53,431 nt of DNA from Bacilli bacterium (GCA_045612885.1 JAZKZZ010000009.1:1-53431), one strand, 5' to 3'; counted from the stretch's first letter, positions 32,425 to 42,900 are shown. Numbers and translations: made by a program. The notes: generated from the letters alone by a model not told the origin.

Positions 32425-32800
32425 TGAAATAAAAAAAAGGGCTAAAACCCTTTTTTTAATACTAGTGGTATTATTTTTAGTTTTGATATCATATTATATT
32501 TTTGTAGTTATTACTGGTATAAGAGTACCATGTATCTTTAATTTGATAACTAAACTTAATTGTCCAGGTTGTGGAATAACAAGAATGCTTACTAAGTTTC
32601 TTCAATTTAAGTTTATCGAAGGAATTAAGTTTAATTATTTTTTAGGGTTTAGTTTGCCTGTGATAATATTTATCATTTTAGGAATGTGTTACTACTATGT
32701 GTATAATAAAAAATATGATAAGTGGTTTAATGTGATTTGTTTTATATATCTAATTTTATTGCTTATCTGGGGAGTAGTAAGAAATATTATAGGAATTTAA
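32417..32800 (+). CDS. DUF2752-family membrane protein
   Basis: PCIFNLITKLNCPGCGITR motif; overlaps the upstream gene. Confidence 0.8.
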   Translation: MHNEIKKRAKTLFLILVVLFLVLISYYIFVVITGIRVPCIFNLITKLNCPGCGITRMLTKFLQFKFIEGIKFNYFLGFSLPVIIFIILGMCYYYVYNKKYDKWFNVICFIYLILLLIWGVVRNIIGI

Positions 32801-32822
32801 AATAAATGAGGAATAGATTAGC

Positions 32823-33437
32823 CTATTCCTCATTTTTATATTTAGTTTTGTATCCAGGATTCTCATCTGGTCTTAGTGCATTAGGATATTTAATATCTGT
32901 TTGAATATCTAAGACGATTTTATATAACTTTTTATATAAGTCATAGCAATTGTTAATATGATAAATACTAATAGAAGCACTTCCTGCTAAAAGTTTTACA
33001 GTTCCTACTTTAAATAGTTTATCTAGTAGTCCTACATCTATACTTACATTAGATACTTCTTGGTATGAAAGAGAATTATAATCCATACCAATTAACCCGC
33101 TTTTGTATAAAACTCTTTTATCAGTTACCACATATTCTATATTTTTAACTTTAAGCACATCAGGGATTAATTTAATAGCTTCAATAACTATGATAGTCAA
33201 GCTTCCACATACTACAAGCGCTGAGAATATACATGCAATGATATTAAAGTTAGAAATATAGGTAAATAGGAATAATACTCCTGTTACTAATGCAACTACT
33301 AAGATTCCTATTGTAAAACCTATTATTAGGCTAGATATATATGCCTTTTTATTTGGTTTTCCTTGCCATAATATTGTTTCATCCTCTGTTAAAATATCTT
33401 GCACATTATGTCCGTTATTATAATTTTCTTTATTCAT
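32823..33437 (-). CDS. bPH_2 (YdbS-like) membrane protein, paralogue 3
   Basis: ILWQGKP, 2 TM, YVVTDKRV, KLFKVGTV, DIQTDIKYPNALRP. Confidence 0.75.
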   Translation of the reverse strand: MNKENYNNGHNVQDILTEDETILWQGKPNKKAYISSLIIGFTIGILVVALVTGVLFLFTYISNFNIIACIFSALVVCGSLTIIVIEAIKLIPDVLKVKNIEYVVTDKRVLYKSGLIGMDYNSLSYQEVSNVSIDVGLLDKLFKVGTVKLLAGSASISIYHINNCYDLYKKLYKIVLDIQTDIKYPNALRPDENPGYKTKYKNEE

Positions 33438-33440
33438 AGT

Positions 33441-34058
33441 CTACTCTCCTTTATCATTTTTATATTTAGTTTCATATCCAGGATTTTCATCTGGTCTTAA
33501 TGCGTTAGGGAATTCAATATCGGTTTGAATATCTACTATTGTTGTTTGAATAATTTTATAAACTTTATAACAATCTTTCAAATTAGATAAAACTCGATAT
33601 AAACCATTATATTTTATTTTTACATCTCCACATTTAAATAGTTTACCAATTATCCCTACATCTAGATTAACAGAACCGATTTCAGTGTATTGCAATCCTT
33701 CATAATCCATTCCAACGAGTCCACTTTTAAAAAGTACTCTATTATTAGTTAGTGCATATTCGAGATTTTTACATTCTAGACATTCTTTAATTGTTAAGAA
33801 GATTTGAACCAGACCAAAGATAAGAAAAACAGCACCTAAAGTTGAAAATGCTATTGTATCTCTAAGATCTCCCATTTGTTCTGGTAAAAAAATAAAAATC
33901 ATAAATGGCAACAACCCAAAAAATAATCCTAGAAAAATTAACCCTATATGTCTAAAGAGAGATCGTGTTATATAAGCTCCTCTTGCAGGTTTTCCTTGCC
34001 ATATAATTTCTTCATCTTTAGCTAGAATATCTTCTACTTGTAATCCTTTATTTGTCAT
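33441..34058 (-). CDS. bPH_2 (YdbS-like) membrane protein, paralogue 2
   Basis: IIWQGKP, YALTNNRV, KLFKCGDV, DIQTDIEFPNALRP. Confidence 0.75.
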   Translation of the reverse strand: MTNKGLQVEDILAKDEEIIWQGKPARGAYITRSLFRHIGLIFLGLFFGLLPFMIFIFLPEQMGDLRDTIAFSTLGAVFLIFGLVQIFLTIKECLECKNLEYALTNNRVLFKSGLVGMDYEGLQYTEIGSVNLDVGIIGKLFKCGDVKIKYNGLYRVLSNLKDCYKVYKIIQTTIVDIQTDIEFPNALRPDENPGYETKYKNDKGE

Positions 34059-34066
34059 GTAATCAC

Positions 34067-34735
34067 CTATTCCTTTTCTTTTTTTGTATTATATCCAGTG
34101 TTATTATCTTTTCTAAATTGGTTAGGATGTGCCATATCAGTTTGGATATCTACCACTACTTTTTGCATTTTAGAATAAACTTCATAGCAATTTGGAATGT
34201 CAAAGAAGACTTTATCATTTATAATTTTTTTGCTTTTGCTAAGTCTAGGTTCATCACCAGTATAAATGTAAATATCTCCAACGTTAAATAATCTATCTAT
34301 CCACGTTACATCTAGTTTTACAGTTTTTACTTCTTTATAATTTATAGATTTATAGTCTACACCAATCAAACCGCTTCTTATAATAATTCTTCGATTAGTT
34401 AGGGCATAGTCTATATTCTTATATCGATAAGAATAAGTAACTAGTCTTCCTATCTTTGTAAATAATCCAATTACCCAAAAAACACCAATGAAAGCAAGAG
34501 AAATCCAAAAAGCTTCCATTCCAAGGTATATACCAACCATAACAAAGAAAAGTGTAGTTGTAAGTAATCCTGAAAGAAGACCAGGAAGTTCTTTTACAAA
34601 AGAGGAATAAAGATATGCGCTTTTTTTAGGCTTTCCTCTCCAGATTACTTGTTCATCTTTTGCAAGGATTGATTCTAATGATGTTACATCTACGTTGTTT
34701 TTATAATATTCTTTTTCTAATTTATCATATTTCAT
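34067..34735 (-). CDS. bPH_2 (YdbS-like) membrane protein, paralogue 1
   Basis: VIWRGKP, YALTNRRI, RLFNVGDI, DIQTDMAHPN. Start at ATG 34735 behind AGGAGGGG. Confidence 0.75.
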   Translation of the reverse strand: MKYDKLEKEYYKNNVDVTSLESILAKDEQVIWRGKPKKSAYLYSSFVKELPGLLSGLLTTTLFFVMVGIYLGMEAFWISLAFIGVFWVIGLFTKIGRLVTYSYRYKNIDYALTNRRIIIRSGLIGVDYKSINYKEVKTVKLDVTWIDRLFNVGDIYIYTGDEPRLSKSKKIINDKVFFDIPNCYEVYSKMQKVVVDIQTDMAHPNQFRKDNNTGYNTKKEKE

Positions 34736-34794
34736 ACTAGCCCCTCCTAGTAATGAGAATATCATTTTTAATTGTCTATGACAAATAATTATTA

Positions 34795-34822
34795 ACAAAA
34801 ATCTAGGCTTTAGCATATACCT
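34795..34822 (+). promoter_or_regulatory. SigK/SigE-like promoter of spoVIF
   Basis: ACA, 16 bp, CATATACCT upstream of RBS AGGAGG. Confidence 0.4.
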
Positions 34823-34838
34823 AAGTAGGAGGATTAAT

Positions 34839-35075
34839 ATGAACAATAACATTTTTGATAAAGTAGAACAAAAGACAAAAGTAAAAAAAGAAGATATATT
34901 ATCTCTTGCTAGATCTATACAAAATAAAAATTTAAAAGATGAAGGAGAATTGAGAAAAATTATTAAAGATGTTGCTAAACTTGCTGGTAAAGAAGTAAGT
35001 AAGGAAAGAGAAGAAAAAATTATTGATGCTATTATACAAGATAAAATACCTAAAAATATAGATAAAAATTTGTAA
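34839..35075 (+). CDS. spoVIF: Stage VI sporulation protein F
   Basis: FDKVEQKTKV...LARSIQNKNLKDEGELRKII...AGKEVSKEREEKII. Confidence 0.85.
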   Translation: MNNNIFDKVEQKTKVKKEDILSLARSIQNKNLKDEGELRKIIKDVAKLAGKEVSKEREEKIIDAIIQDKIPKNIDKNL

Positions 35076-35127
35076 ATACAAGCGATTTGATAACATACAA
35101 AAATATTTATTTAGGTAATGTAAGTAT

Positions 35128-35170
35128 AGATGAGGGAATTAGTGTGTTAGACTATTTCTTCATCTTTTTT
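35128..35170 (+). terminator. Intrinsic terminator
   Basis: AGATGAGGGAATTAGT / ACTATTTCTTCATCT followed by a T-tract. Confidence 0.65.
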
Positions 35171-35411
35171 ATTAGTTTAGCGATAATATTGTAAAGTTTT
35201 ACTATTTTGTGAAGAATTAATAAATTATATTAAATCTCAAACAAATCCCACTATAACATTTTTAATAAAATAACTATCTATCCATTTAGTTATAACAATG
35301 GTGGATGGCTGATAAATTCAACATAAAAAATCTCAAGTCTGTTTCAAATATAATTTGAAATTTTAGTTTACTAACATTTCTTTAATGGTATATAATTTTA
35401 ATTGATAGTAG

Positions 35412-36197
35412 GTGAAACATATGACTTATGATGAGGTTTTAAATATTGCCAGTAGATTGAGTAAAGAAACTAAAAAAAGAATAGATAAAGATGTAGATGA
35501 AAGAATGGAAATTCTAAGACAAGGAGATCTTAGTGAAGAAGATATGGCCAAGATGGAAGAATGCTTGTACATGTCTTTGGTAATTCAAGAATATTTAGAT
35601 AGTGAATTTGAACTTTTAGAAGAGGAAAAAGCTCTTCTTCTTGATGAAATGGAAGAGTTATATAATGAATATGGAGAATTATTAACAAGAGCAAAACTTG
35701 AAGAAAAACTTTCTAAAAAGAAAAGAATGGCTCTTGAACTTATGAGAATAAGAGAACAATTATATGGAAGAAAAGATTTATTAAAGAATGTTAATGAAAA
35801 TTTAAAAAATAATGTAAAAAGTAAAGAAAAACTAAGTGACTTATCAAGTAAAAAAACTATGAAAGAAGTAGCAAAAGATTCTAAAAAGGACACGCCTAAA
35901 CTAAAGGTTGGTAGAGGCGTCATGGATAAAGATACTATAAAACCAGAAAAAGAAATGGCAAAAATGAAAGAAAAAAATAACATTCAAGAGAGTGAAATTA
36001 AAAAAGAACAACCTGAAGTAAAGAAAAAAGAACCTGAGCGAAATCAACAGAAAGTAAAAAACACTACTAGCACAAAAGTTCAAAAAGTTAATGATGATTT
36101 AATTTCAGCGATGGAAGAAACAAAAGTACATGAAGGCAAACTTCCTGTAGAAGAGCGTGCTGATGAGATTACAAATTTAGCTAATATGATACTTTAG
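35412..36197 (+). CDS. Hypothetical coiled-coil, highly charged protein
   Basis: Acidic helical N-half, K/E-rich low-complexity C-half. Confidence 0.75.
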   Translation: MKHMTYDEVLNIASRLSKETKKRIDKDVDERMEILRQGDLSEEDMAKMEECLYMSLVIQEYLDSEFELLEEEKALLLDEMEELYNEYGELLTRAKLEEKLSKKKRMALELMRIREQLYGRKDLLKNVNENLKNNVKSKEKLSDLSSKKTMKEVAKDSKKDTPKLKVGRGVMDKDTIKPEKEMAKMKEKNNIQESEIKKEQPEVKKKEPERNQQKVKNTTSTKVQKVNDDLISAMEETKVHEGKLPVEERADEITNLANMIL

Positions 36198-36214
36198 GTT
36201 TATGGACAACGATA

Positions 36215-36742
36215 ATGATAACAATACACAGTATATATGACTATAAGTCATTTAAAGTATTTCAAAGATATTCATTACAAAAGATATTCATTTTATCTTA
36301 TATTTGTGCTTTAGCGTTGGTAGGAATTGGAGTCTGGTTTGCTTTTGATTCTAGAAGTAGTTATATAGTATACATATTATCGGGTATATTACTTCCTTTT
36401 GTGTTGCATATATCCTATAAACTGCTAGAATTAGAAAATATAAATAAGAATGTATTATTAAGAGATACTACTGCTCAGATATTCACCTTTGACCAAGAAG
36501 GGTTTACATTAGAACAAATAGCAAAACAAGGAACATTTAAAGAAAAGTATGTATATGATGATATATTAAGTATAGTTAAATATAAAAGATATTACTTTAT
36601 ATATATTAATAGAGTACAAGCGTTTGTGGTGGTTAATGACAATTATCTATTGGGCAATGAAGAAGAGTTAGATGAATTGTTTAAAACAATAAAGAAAGAT
36701 AAATTTATCGTTAAAAGAAATAGTGGGAAGGTTGCAAGATAA
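36215..36742 (+). CDS. YcxB-family membrane protein
   Basis: Two TM helices, then YVYDDILSIVKYKRYYFIYINRVQAFVV (YcxB-like C-terminal domain). Confidence 0.65.
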   Translation: MITIHSIYDYKSFKVFQRYSLQKIFILSYICALALVGIGVWFAFDSRSSYIVYILSGILLPFVLHISYKLLELENINKNVLLRDTTAQIFTFDQEGFTLEQIAKQGTFKEKYVYDDILSIVKYKRYYFIYINRVQAFVVVNDNYLLGNEEELDELFKTIKKDKFIVKRNSGKVAR

Positions 36743-36800
36743 AAAAATGTTGCAACCTTTTTTTCTCGGTGATAAAATTGAGTTGAGGATGGTGTAAGAT

Positions 36801-37184
36801 ATGAATCAACAAGAGAGAGCAAAAATAATTAACAATATTTCTAAAATTAAAGAAATTTTATTTAAAGAGAAAGCGTTAAAGGATGCTTTGACTAAATGGG
36901 AAAATCAAAAAGATACAATTATTAAAGCATTGGGATTTTCTAATGATATAGATTTAATAATTACTTATATTCAATATCTAAATAGTATGGGTGGGTATCT
37001 TAGATTTATAAACGGATTGGATAAGATGAGTAAAGAAGAAATAATAAGAACTAAAGGCACTACTCAGGTTGTAGCGGTTATTGCTAGATATTTTAATAAA
37101 GAGAATGAATTAAGAGCGCAATATTCAAGAGAAGTTAAGAAATTTGAAAAAGAGTATAACAGAAGATATAATTCAAAAAGATAA
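36801..37184 (+). CDS. Hypothetical protein
   Basis: 127-aa ORF with RBS. Confidence 0.65.
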   Translation: MNQQERAKIINNISKIKEILFKEKALKDALTKWENQKDTIIKALGFSNDIDLIITYIQYLNSMGGYLRFINGLDKMSKEEIIRTKGTTQVVAVIARYFNKENELRAQYSREVKKFEKEYNRRYNSKR

Positions 37185-37258
37185 TTGTGGAAAAAAATCA
37201 AAATGTTTGAGATTGATTAAATTAAGTGTTACACTATAAAAAAGGTTGGTGTTGTTTT

Positions 37259-37648
37259 ATGAAACTTGATATTAGTAAAGAAAAGAATAAGTTGAGTACA
37301 AAATATAAAAAATTGTGGGAATTTAAAGAAGTTTCTATTGAGGAGTTATATAAAGAGGGAAAACTTGACGATGAACAAAAAGAAGCGATGCTTCAAACTC
37401 AATTGGCTGCTACTAGAGTTGCGGATTTAAAAGAACAAAACGAATATAATGCAAAGTCTAATGATGTTTTTGCTCAAAGAGCAATTAAGAAAAATCAAGT
37501 TGAAATAAATAAATTAGGAAGATATTATAATGATAATTCTAAGATTATCGGTGAAACAAAAATTAAGAAGATAGAAACTGAAATTGATAATAGAACCGTT
37601 AAGAAAATACAAAAACATAACGAAAAGAACAAAGGGAAAAAGCAATAA
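37259..37648 (+). CDS. Hypothetical coiled-coil protein
   Basis: Start at MKLDISK; terminator at 37654-37676. Confidence 0.65.
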   Translation: MKLDISKEKNKLSTKYKKLWEFKEVSIEELYKEGKLDDEQKEAMLQTQLAATRVADLKEQNEYNAKSNDVFAQRAIKKNQVEINKLGRYYNDNSKIIGETKIKKIETEIDNRTVKKIQKHNEKNKGKKQ

Positions 37649-37684
37649 AAAAAGAAACAGGGAAACCTGTTTTTTTGTTTATAT

Positions 37685-37713
37685 GAATATTTTTCTTTTC
37701 CATAGCATATCTA
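37685..37713 (+). promoter_or_regulatory. SigE-type promoter of spoIVA
   Basis: GAATATT, 14 bp, CATATCTA; spoIVA is SigE-controlled in Bacillus. Confidence 0.55.
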
Positions 37714-37739
37714 GTAGTAGTATATGAGGAGGAAATTAA

Positions 37740-39215
37740 GTGAATAGAAATGAGTTACTACAAAACTTAGCAAGTAGAGGAAATGGGGATGTTTATTTTG
37801 GTGTTGTAGGGCCAGTTAGAACAGGTAAATCTACTTTCGTTAAAAAATTCATGGAATTAGCAATCATACCTAATATTGATAATAAGGAAGAAAAGCAAAG
37901 AGCAATTGATGAGTTGCCTATTTCAGGAGAAGGAAAGACCATTACTACAATGGAGCCTAAATTTGTTCCTAATAAAGGAATTAATATTAGTATTAATGAT
38001 ATTCATGTTAATGTCAGGTTAGTTGATTGTGTGGGATATGTTATTGAGGATGCTAAAGGATATAAGGACGAAGATGGAGTTAGAATGGTTAAAACTCCAT
38101 GGTATGAGGATTCTATACCGTTTGACGAAGCTGCTAAGATAGGAACACAGAAAGTTATAAGTGATCACTCGACGATTGGGATTGTAGTAGTTAGTGATGG
38201 AACCATCTTAGATATTCCCAAGGAAAATTATTTAAAAGCTGAACAAGAGGTTATTGATGAGTTAGTAAAAATAAATAAACCGTTTGTAATTTTAGTTAAC
38301 AGTAAAGATCCAAGTGGTGAAAAAGCTACAAATGTAGTTAGTGATTTAGAAGGAAAGTATAATGTTCCAGTAATTCCTTTAGATATATCTAAATTAAATG
38401 AGGAAGATATAGATAAGATATTACAATCTGCTTTGTATGAATTTCCAGTAGCCAATATCGAGGTGACTATGCCAAGTTGGGTTAATGTGTTAAATTCAGC
38501 ACATTGGTTAAGAAAGTCAATTAACGAGTCAGTTGATAGTGCGATGAATTGTGCAAAGAAAGTGAAAGATGTAGATAGCATAAAAGAAGTAATAGAGCAA
38601 AATGAATATATTACTAATTTTAAAATCAACGAAGTTGATATGTCTTTAGGAATAGTTAAAACAGAGATTGAAATGGATGACAATTTATATGAAGTGGTAT
38701 TAAAAGAAGTTATGGGATTTGATATTGAGGATCCAACAACTTTATTAAAAGTAATGCAAGAATATGCTTTATTGAAGAAAGATTATGAATATATATCAAG
38801 CGCAATTGAAATGGCGATGACAAGTGGATATGGATTTGCCACTCCAAGTGTGGATAAAATTAGCATTGATAAGCCAGAATTAATTAAACAAGGAAATAGA
38901 TATGGAGTAAAAGTTAGAGCCAGCGCTCCTACACTACATATTATAAGAGTAGATGTGGAAACTAGTTTTGCTCCACTTATTGGACTAAAAGAACAGAGTG
39001 AAGCATTAGTGGAATATTTATCTGAAGGTATGGATGTAGATAATAATGCGATATTTGATAAACAGATATTTGGGCAAAACATGGGAGTTGTATTACAAGG
39101 AGGAATAAGTAGTAAGTTGACAACTTTACCAGAGAATACAAAAGTTAAATTACAAAATCTAATGAAAACATTAGCTAATAAAGGGAAAAATAACTTAATA
39201 GCAGTGGTTTTTTAA
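37740..39215 (+). CDS. spoIVA: Stage IV sporulation protein A (coat morphogenetic ATPase)
   Basis: GVVGPVRTGKSTF, DELP, TTMEPKFVP, RLVDCVGY, GTQKVI. Confidence 0.97.
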   Translation: MNRNELLQNLASRGNGDVYFGVVGPVRTGKSTFVKKFMELAIIPNIDNKEEKQRAIDELPISGEGKTITTMEPKFVPNKGINISINDIHVNVRLVDCVGYVIEDAKGYKDEDGVRMVKTPWYEDSIPFDEAAKIGTQKVISDHSTIGIVVVSDGTILDIPKENYLKAEQEVIDELVKINKPFVILVNSKDPSGEKATNVVSDLEGKYNVPVIPLDISKLNEEDIDKILQSALYEFPVANIEVTMPSWVNVLNSAHWLRKSINESVDSAMNCAKKVKDVDSIKEVIEQNEYITNFKINEVDMSLGIVKTEIEMDDNLYEVVLKEVMGFDIEDPTTLLKVMQEYALLKKDYEYISSAIEMAMTSGYGFATPSVDKISIDKPELIKQGNRYGVKVRASAPTLHIIRVDVETSFAPLIGLKEQSEALVEYLSEGMDVDNNAIFDKQIFGQNMGVVLQGGISSKLTTLPENTKVKLQNLMKTLANKGKNNLIAVVF

Positions 39216-39264
39216 CAAAATCAGAGATTTATACCCATAGTAACAACATTTTATGACCAATTTA

Positions 39265-39294
39265 TTGTTTTTTTTAAAAATTGAGTGTTATAAT
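39265..39294 (+). promoter_or_regulatory. SigA-like promoter of pilin gene
   Basis: TTGTTT, 18 bp, TATAAT with extended TGn. Confidence 0.5.
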
Positions 39295-39326
39295 TCAATT
39301 ATGGAAAGGGAAAGGAAGGAATTAAA

Positions 39327-39716
39327 ATGTATAATTTACTATGGATGTTAGCAGATGACTTAGGTATAGACGGAATGACTAGTATAGAAGATTTTTTCAC
39401 TGGCACTGTTTGGGGATATGTTCAATGGGTTCTATATATTTTAGCTGCTGTTCTAGGTGTAGTTCTAATTGTAAAAGGAATTACAACTGCTTTAGGTGTA
39501 ATGAAAGCTGCTGATGAACCTCAAGTTCGTCAAGAAAAAATTAACGCATTTAAGTATCTAGCTATTGGATTAGGAGTTGCTATCGTTATTTTAACTCTTG
39601 CTCCAGTTATAATTAATTTGATTCTTAGTAATGCCGATGTACAAGCACCTGGTACTCAAACACCTACTACAGATGATGAGGAAAGTGCTTTACTTCTATT
39701 AAAATTCTTATTTTAA
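39327..39716 (+). CDS. VirB2/TrbC-like pilin (Mbov_0395-like)
   Basis: Two hydrophobic helices separated by KAADEPQVRQEKINAFKYL, typical of T4SS pilins; first gene of the VirB6/VirB4 locus. Confidence 0.7.
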   Translation: MYNLLWMLADDLGIDGMTSIEDFFTGTVWGYVQWVLYILAAVLGVVLIVKGITTALGVMKAADEPQVRQEKINAFKYLAIGLGVAIVILTLAPVIINLILSNADVQAPGTQTPTTDDEESALLLLKFLF

Positions 39717-39746
39717 TTATTAAGGTATATTAAATTAAGAGAATTC

Positions 39747-39779
39747 AAAAGCGTAAATTTAGAGTTTACGCTTTTTTTT
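39747..39779 (+). terminator. Intrinsic terminator after pilin
   Basis: AAAAGCGTAAATT-tag-AGTTTACGCTTTT followed by a T-tract. Confidence 0.8.
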
Positions 39780-39902
39780 ATACACTTTTAGTGTGGCTAG
39801 AAAAATAAGACTTTAAATTACATTTAATTTGTAGTAAGATAGTTCTATAAGACGAGAAATGAGTTTTTTTGTACGCTTTTGTCGACAAAACAAATTATTT
39901 GT

Positions 39903-39932
39903 TTGTCTTATAAAAAAAATATATGATATAAT
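39903..39932 (+). promoter_or_regulatory. SigA-like promoter of 1555-aa gene
   Basis: TTGTCT, 18 bp, TATAAT with extended TGn. Confidence 0.55.
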
Positions 39933-39973
39933 TTTAAAAAATATGGTATTACAATTTTAGGAGGTAGTTATAT

Positions 39974-42900
39974 ATGCAACTATTGATGAGTATGACTAAT
40001 ATGTTGGCCACTGTTGATATAGAAACTGGTGGAATATTCGGCGGCACTTTCATGCAAGGAGTTTCAGCTTGGGGTAGTTCTTTGCTATTTATGGTTCTAA
40101 CAATGATATGTAAAGTATTGGGACTTTTTGCTGATTTATTGAATATTGCATTTTACGTATTTTCTGGTATTGATATAGTAGGTACTAATGGTCAGGGAAA
40201 ATATGAGATTACGGTTGGTGGAGAAAAACAAAATATTTTAGATTATTTTGTTTTATCTGAAAGAATGACTAAAGCGTATTTGTGGATTGCTTTAGCATCT
40301 GTTGCTTTAATTGTAATATTTACTATATATAAAATTATTAAACAAGATTATTTTGATAGAGCAGGACCTAGATCAAAAGGACCTATTTTTAGAAATGTTG
40401 CTATAAGTTGTATATCATTTTTACTTGTAATACCTATCTTTTGGTTAATAATACACGCTTCATCATTAATCGCTGTAGTTCTTATGGATTTAATGGGATT
40501 TGATCCATCTGTTTTAGCTGGTGCAAGAGTTTTCTTGTTATCTTGGTCAGATGGAGGAGAAATGGTTAAGGGAATTAATAGTCTTTATACCTCAGGAAAT
40601 TATAATGAAGCATTTACTACAATGAATAATTTAGATGGTAGAACTTTATTCACCCTTTTAACTAAGAAGAAAAATCTAGAATTTGCTGTGAATTTAACAA
40701 CTCCGCAAGGAAAAGATATCGTAAAAAAAGCGCTTGGATATTCAGAATGGTCTCCAAATGTGCCACTAGCAGAATTTGGTATGATGGTAGGTAAAACTCC
40801 TATTAGTGGAAACTTCTATTGGTATATTTATTTAGTAGGTGTAGTTATTGTAATTATGTCTTTATATAAAATGTTATTAGCTATGTTACAAAGAATATAT
40901 AAATTAATGGGATTATTCTTAGTTGCACCTTCTGCTATTTCACAATATGTATTAGATGATGGACAAAAGTTTAAGACTTGGTTACAAGAATCTATTCAAG
41001 AAGGTCTAAGGTTAGTATCTGCTACTATGTCATTTTCTATATTCTTAATGGCATTATCATTAATTACAGAAGTTAGTTTTATAGATGCTATTCAAACAAG
41101 TTTAACTGAAGTTGGAATTAAAAGTGACACAAAAGTAGTATTATTGGCTGAAGGATATATAGATCCTAATGAGATTAACAGTAGTAACTTAGATCAATTT
41201 GTTGACCAATCTATAATCACTGTCATAAATATAAAGAAGAGTTTGACAAATATAGCTACAGGAGCAGCTAATGAATTAAGTAAATATGTTACAGGCAAGA
41301 CTGTATCTGACCATATCTTCAATTTAGCAGATGCATTCTTTAAGGTGTTTATGTTAATTGGTGCTGGTGGAGCTATAATGGATTTAGATGCAGTGTTAAC
41401 ACCATTAATTTCTGGTGCTAAGAGCTCTTTAGATGCTGGAGGAACCGGTGCTGCTGCCTCAGGATTTGCTACCAAGGCAGTTTCATTAGCTGCCTCAGGA
41501 ATTGGAGGCGTTGTAGGTCATGTGGCTGGCGGATTAAAGAATATGGGTGCAGAACAAGCTGGTGAAGATGCAGGAGCAGCAGAGGCAGATAAAGAAGGAA
41601 CTGGAACTGTAGATGATGGAGGCTCTGGTGGTGGAGGCTCTGGTGGTGGAGGTTCAGGAGATCCTAAAGATGATGAAGAAAAAGTAGAAACACCAACAGA
41701 TCAAAAAGATAAAGATGTAAAGGAAGAAACTGGAGACGAAGAAAAAGTAGGCGACGAAGGAGTCGAAGGCAAAAAAGGCGGAGATGAAGTAGGCGACGAA
41801 AAGGTTGAAGGTAAGAAAGATGAAGAAAAATCTGGAGAAAAGAAAGACGAAGAAAAAGCAGGCGAGAAAAAAGCTGATGAGAAATCTGGAGAAAAGAAAA
41901 CTAAAGAAAAAGACGATAAGAATAAAGATAAAAACAACAATAAAAAGACAGTTAAACCTATTGGAACTTTCTTAAGAAAAATTGGCAACGGATTTAGAGA
42001 TATAAAATCTTTTGCTAAAAAGGTACCGGGAGCTCCTAGAAGAGGACTGAACTGGCTTATGAAAAAAGGAGATAAAGTCCAAGGTAAAGGAGGCTTCTGG
42101 AATGAAGTTGGAGGAGGAGCTATAAAAGGTTTAGCTCTTGCTGGTAAGCTTGGATTAGGAACACTTAAAGCTGCAGGATCTGTTGTTAAAGGTATAGGTT
42201 CAGGATTATTATCTGCAACCGGTTCGGTATTTAAAGAAATATTCAGTGCAGTCGGTGAAGGTGTTCTTGGTAAGGGTACAATGAAGGCGTTTAGCGAAGC
42301 TAGAGATAAAGCTGAGAATAAAGAAAACGCAGCGGCAGGAAAACGTTATGAAGCTGCTAAGCACCAAGGATATCAAATGAGACGTGAAGAACAAATGAAA
42401 GAAGCAGAAGCTAATGTTAAAGAAAAAGAACAAGATGTGAAGACTTCTACTGATCAGTTGAATAATGCAGTCAACGAGGAAAAAGTAGCACTTGAAGAGG
42501 TTGATAGAGCTGAAGGGGAGCATGCAGTAAATGTTGCTAATGCAGAAAAGAGTAATTCTGAAGTAGAAGCTAAGAATTATGAATCGACAACTACTAAAAT
42601 TAATAATCATAAAAAAGAAATTGAAAAATTAGATAAGAAAAATGGTACTACATATGATGAAGTTAAAGAACAAGTTGAAATGTATGAATCTGTAATGAAA
42701 GATAAGAACGCCAAACCACTATCCAAGAAAGAAAAAGAAGATTATAAGGCGTGTAAAACTCAATATGACGAATATAGAAAGCATATGAATCACATTGAAA
42801 ATTATGAAAAACAATTAAGTGAAAGTGGTAAGAATTGTGATATCGTAACTGGTAAAGATGGATTGTTAAATGAATTAGGATATAATGATCCTGAAATGAA

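Noticed and set aside
34736-34852. N-terminal extension of the 261-aa minus ORF
   Set aside because: It overlaps the spoVIF promoter and start. A strong RBS supports ATG 34735, matching the paralogue lengths.
41618-41940. CRISPR-like or mobile repeat
   Set aside because: The repeats are in-frame coding repeats without unique spacers. No CRISPR array or cas gene was seen in the window.
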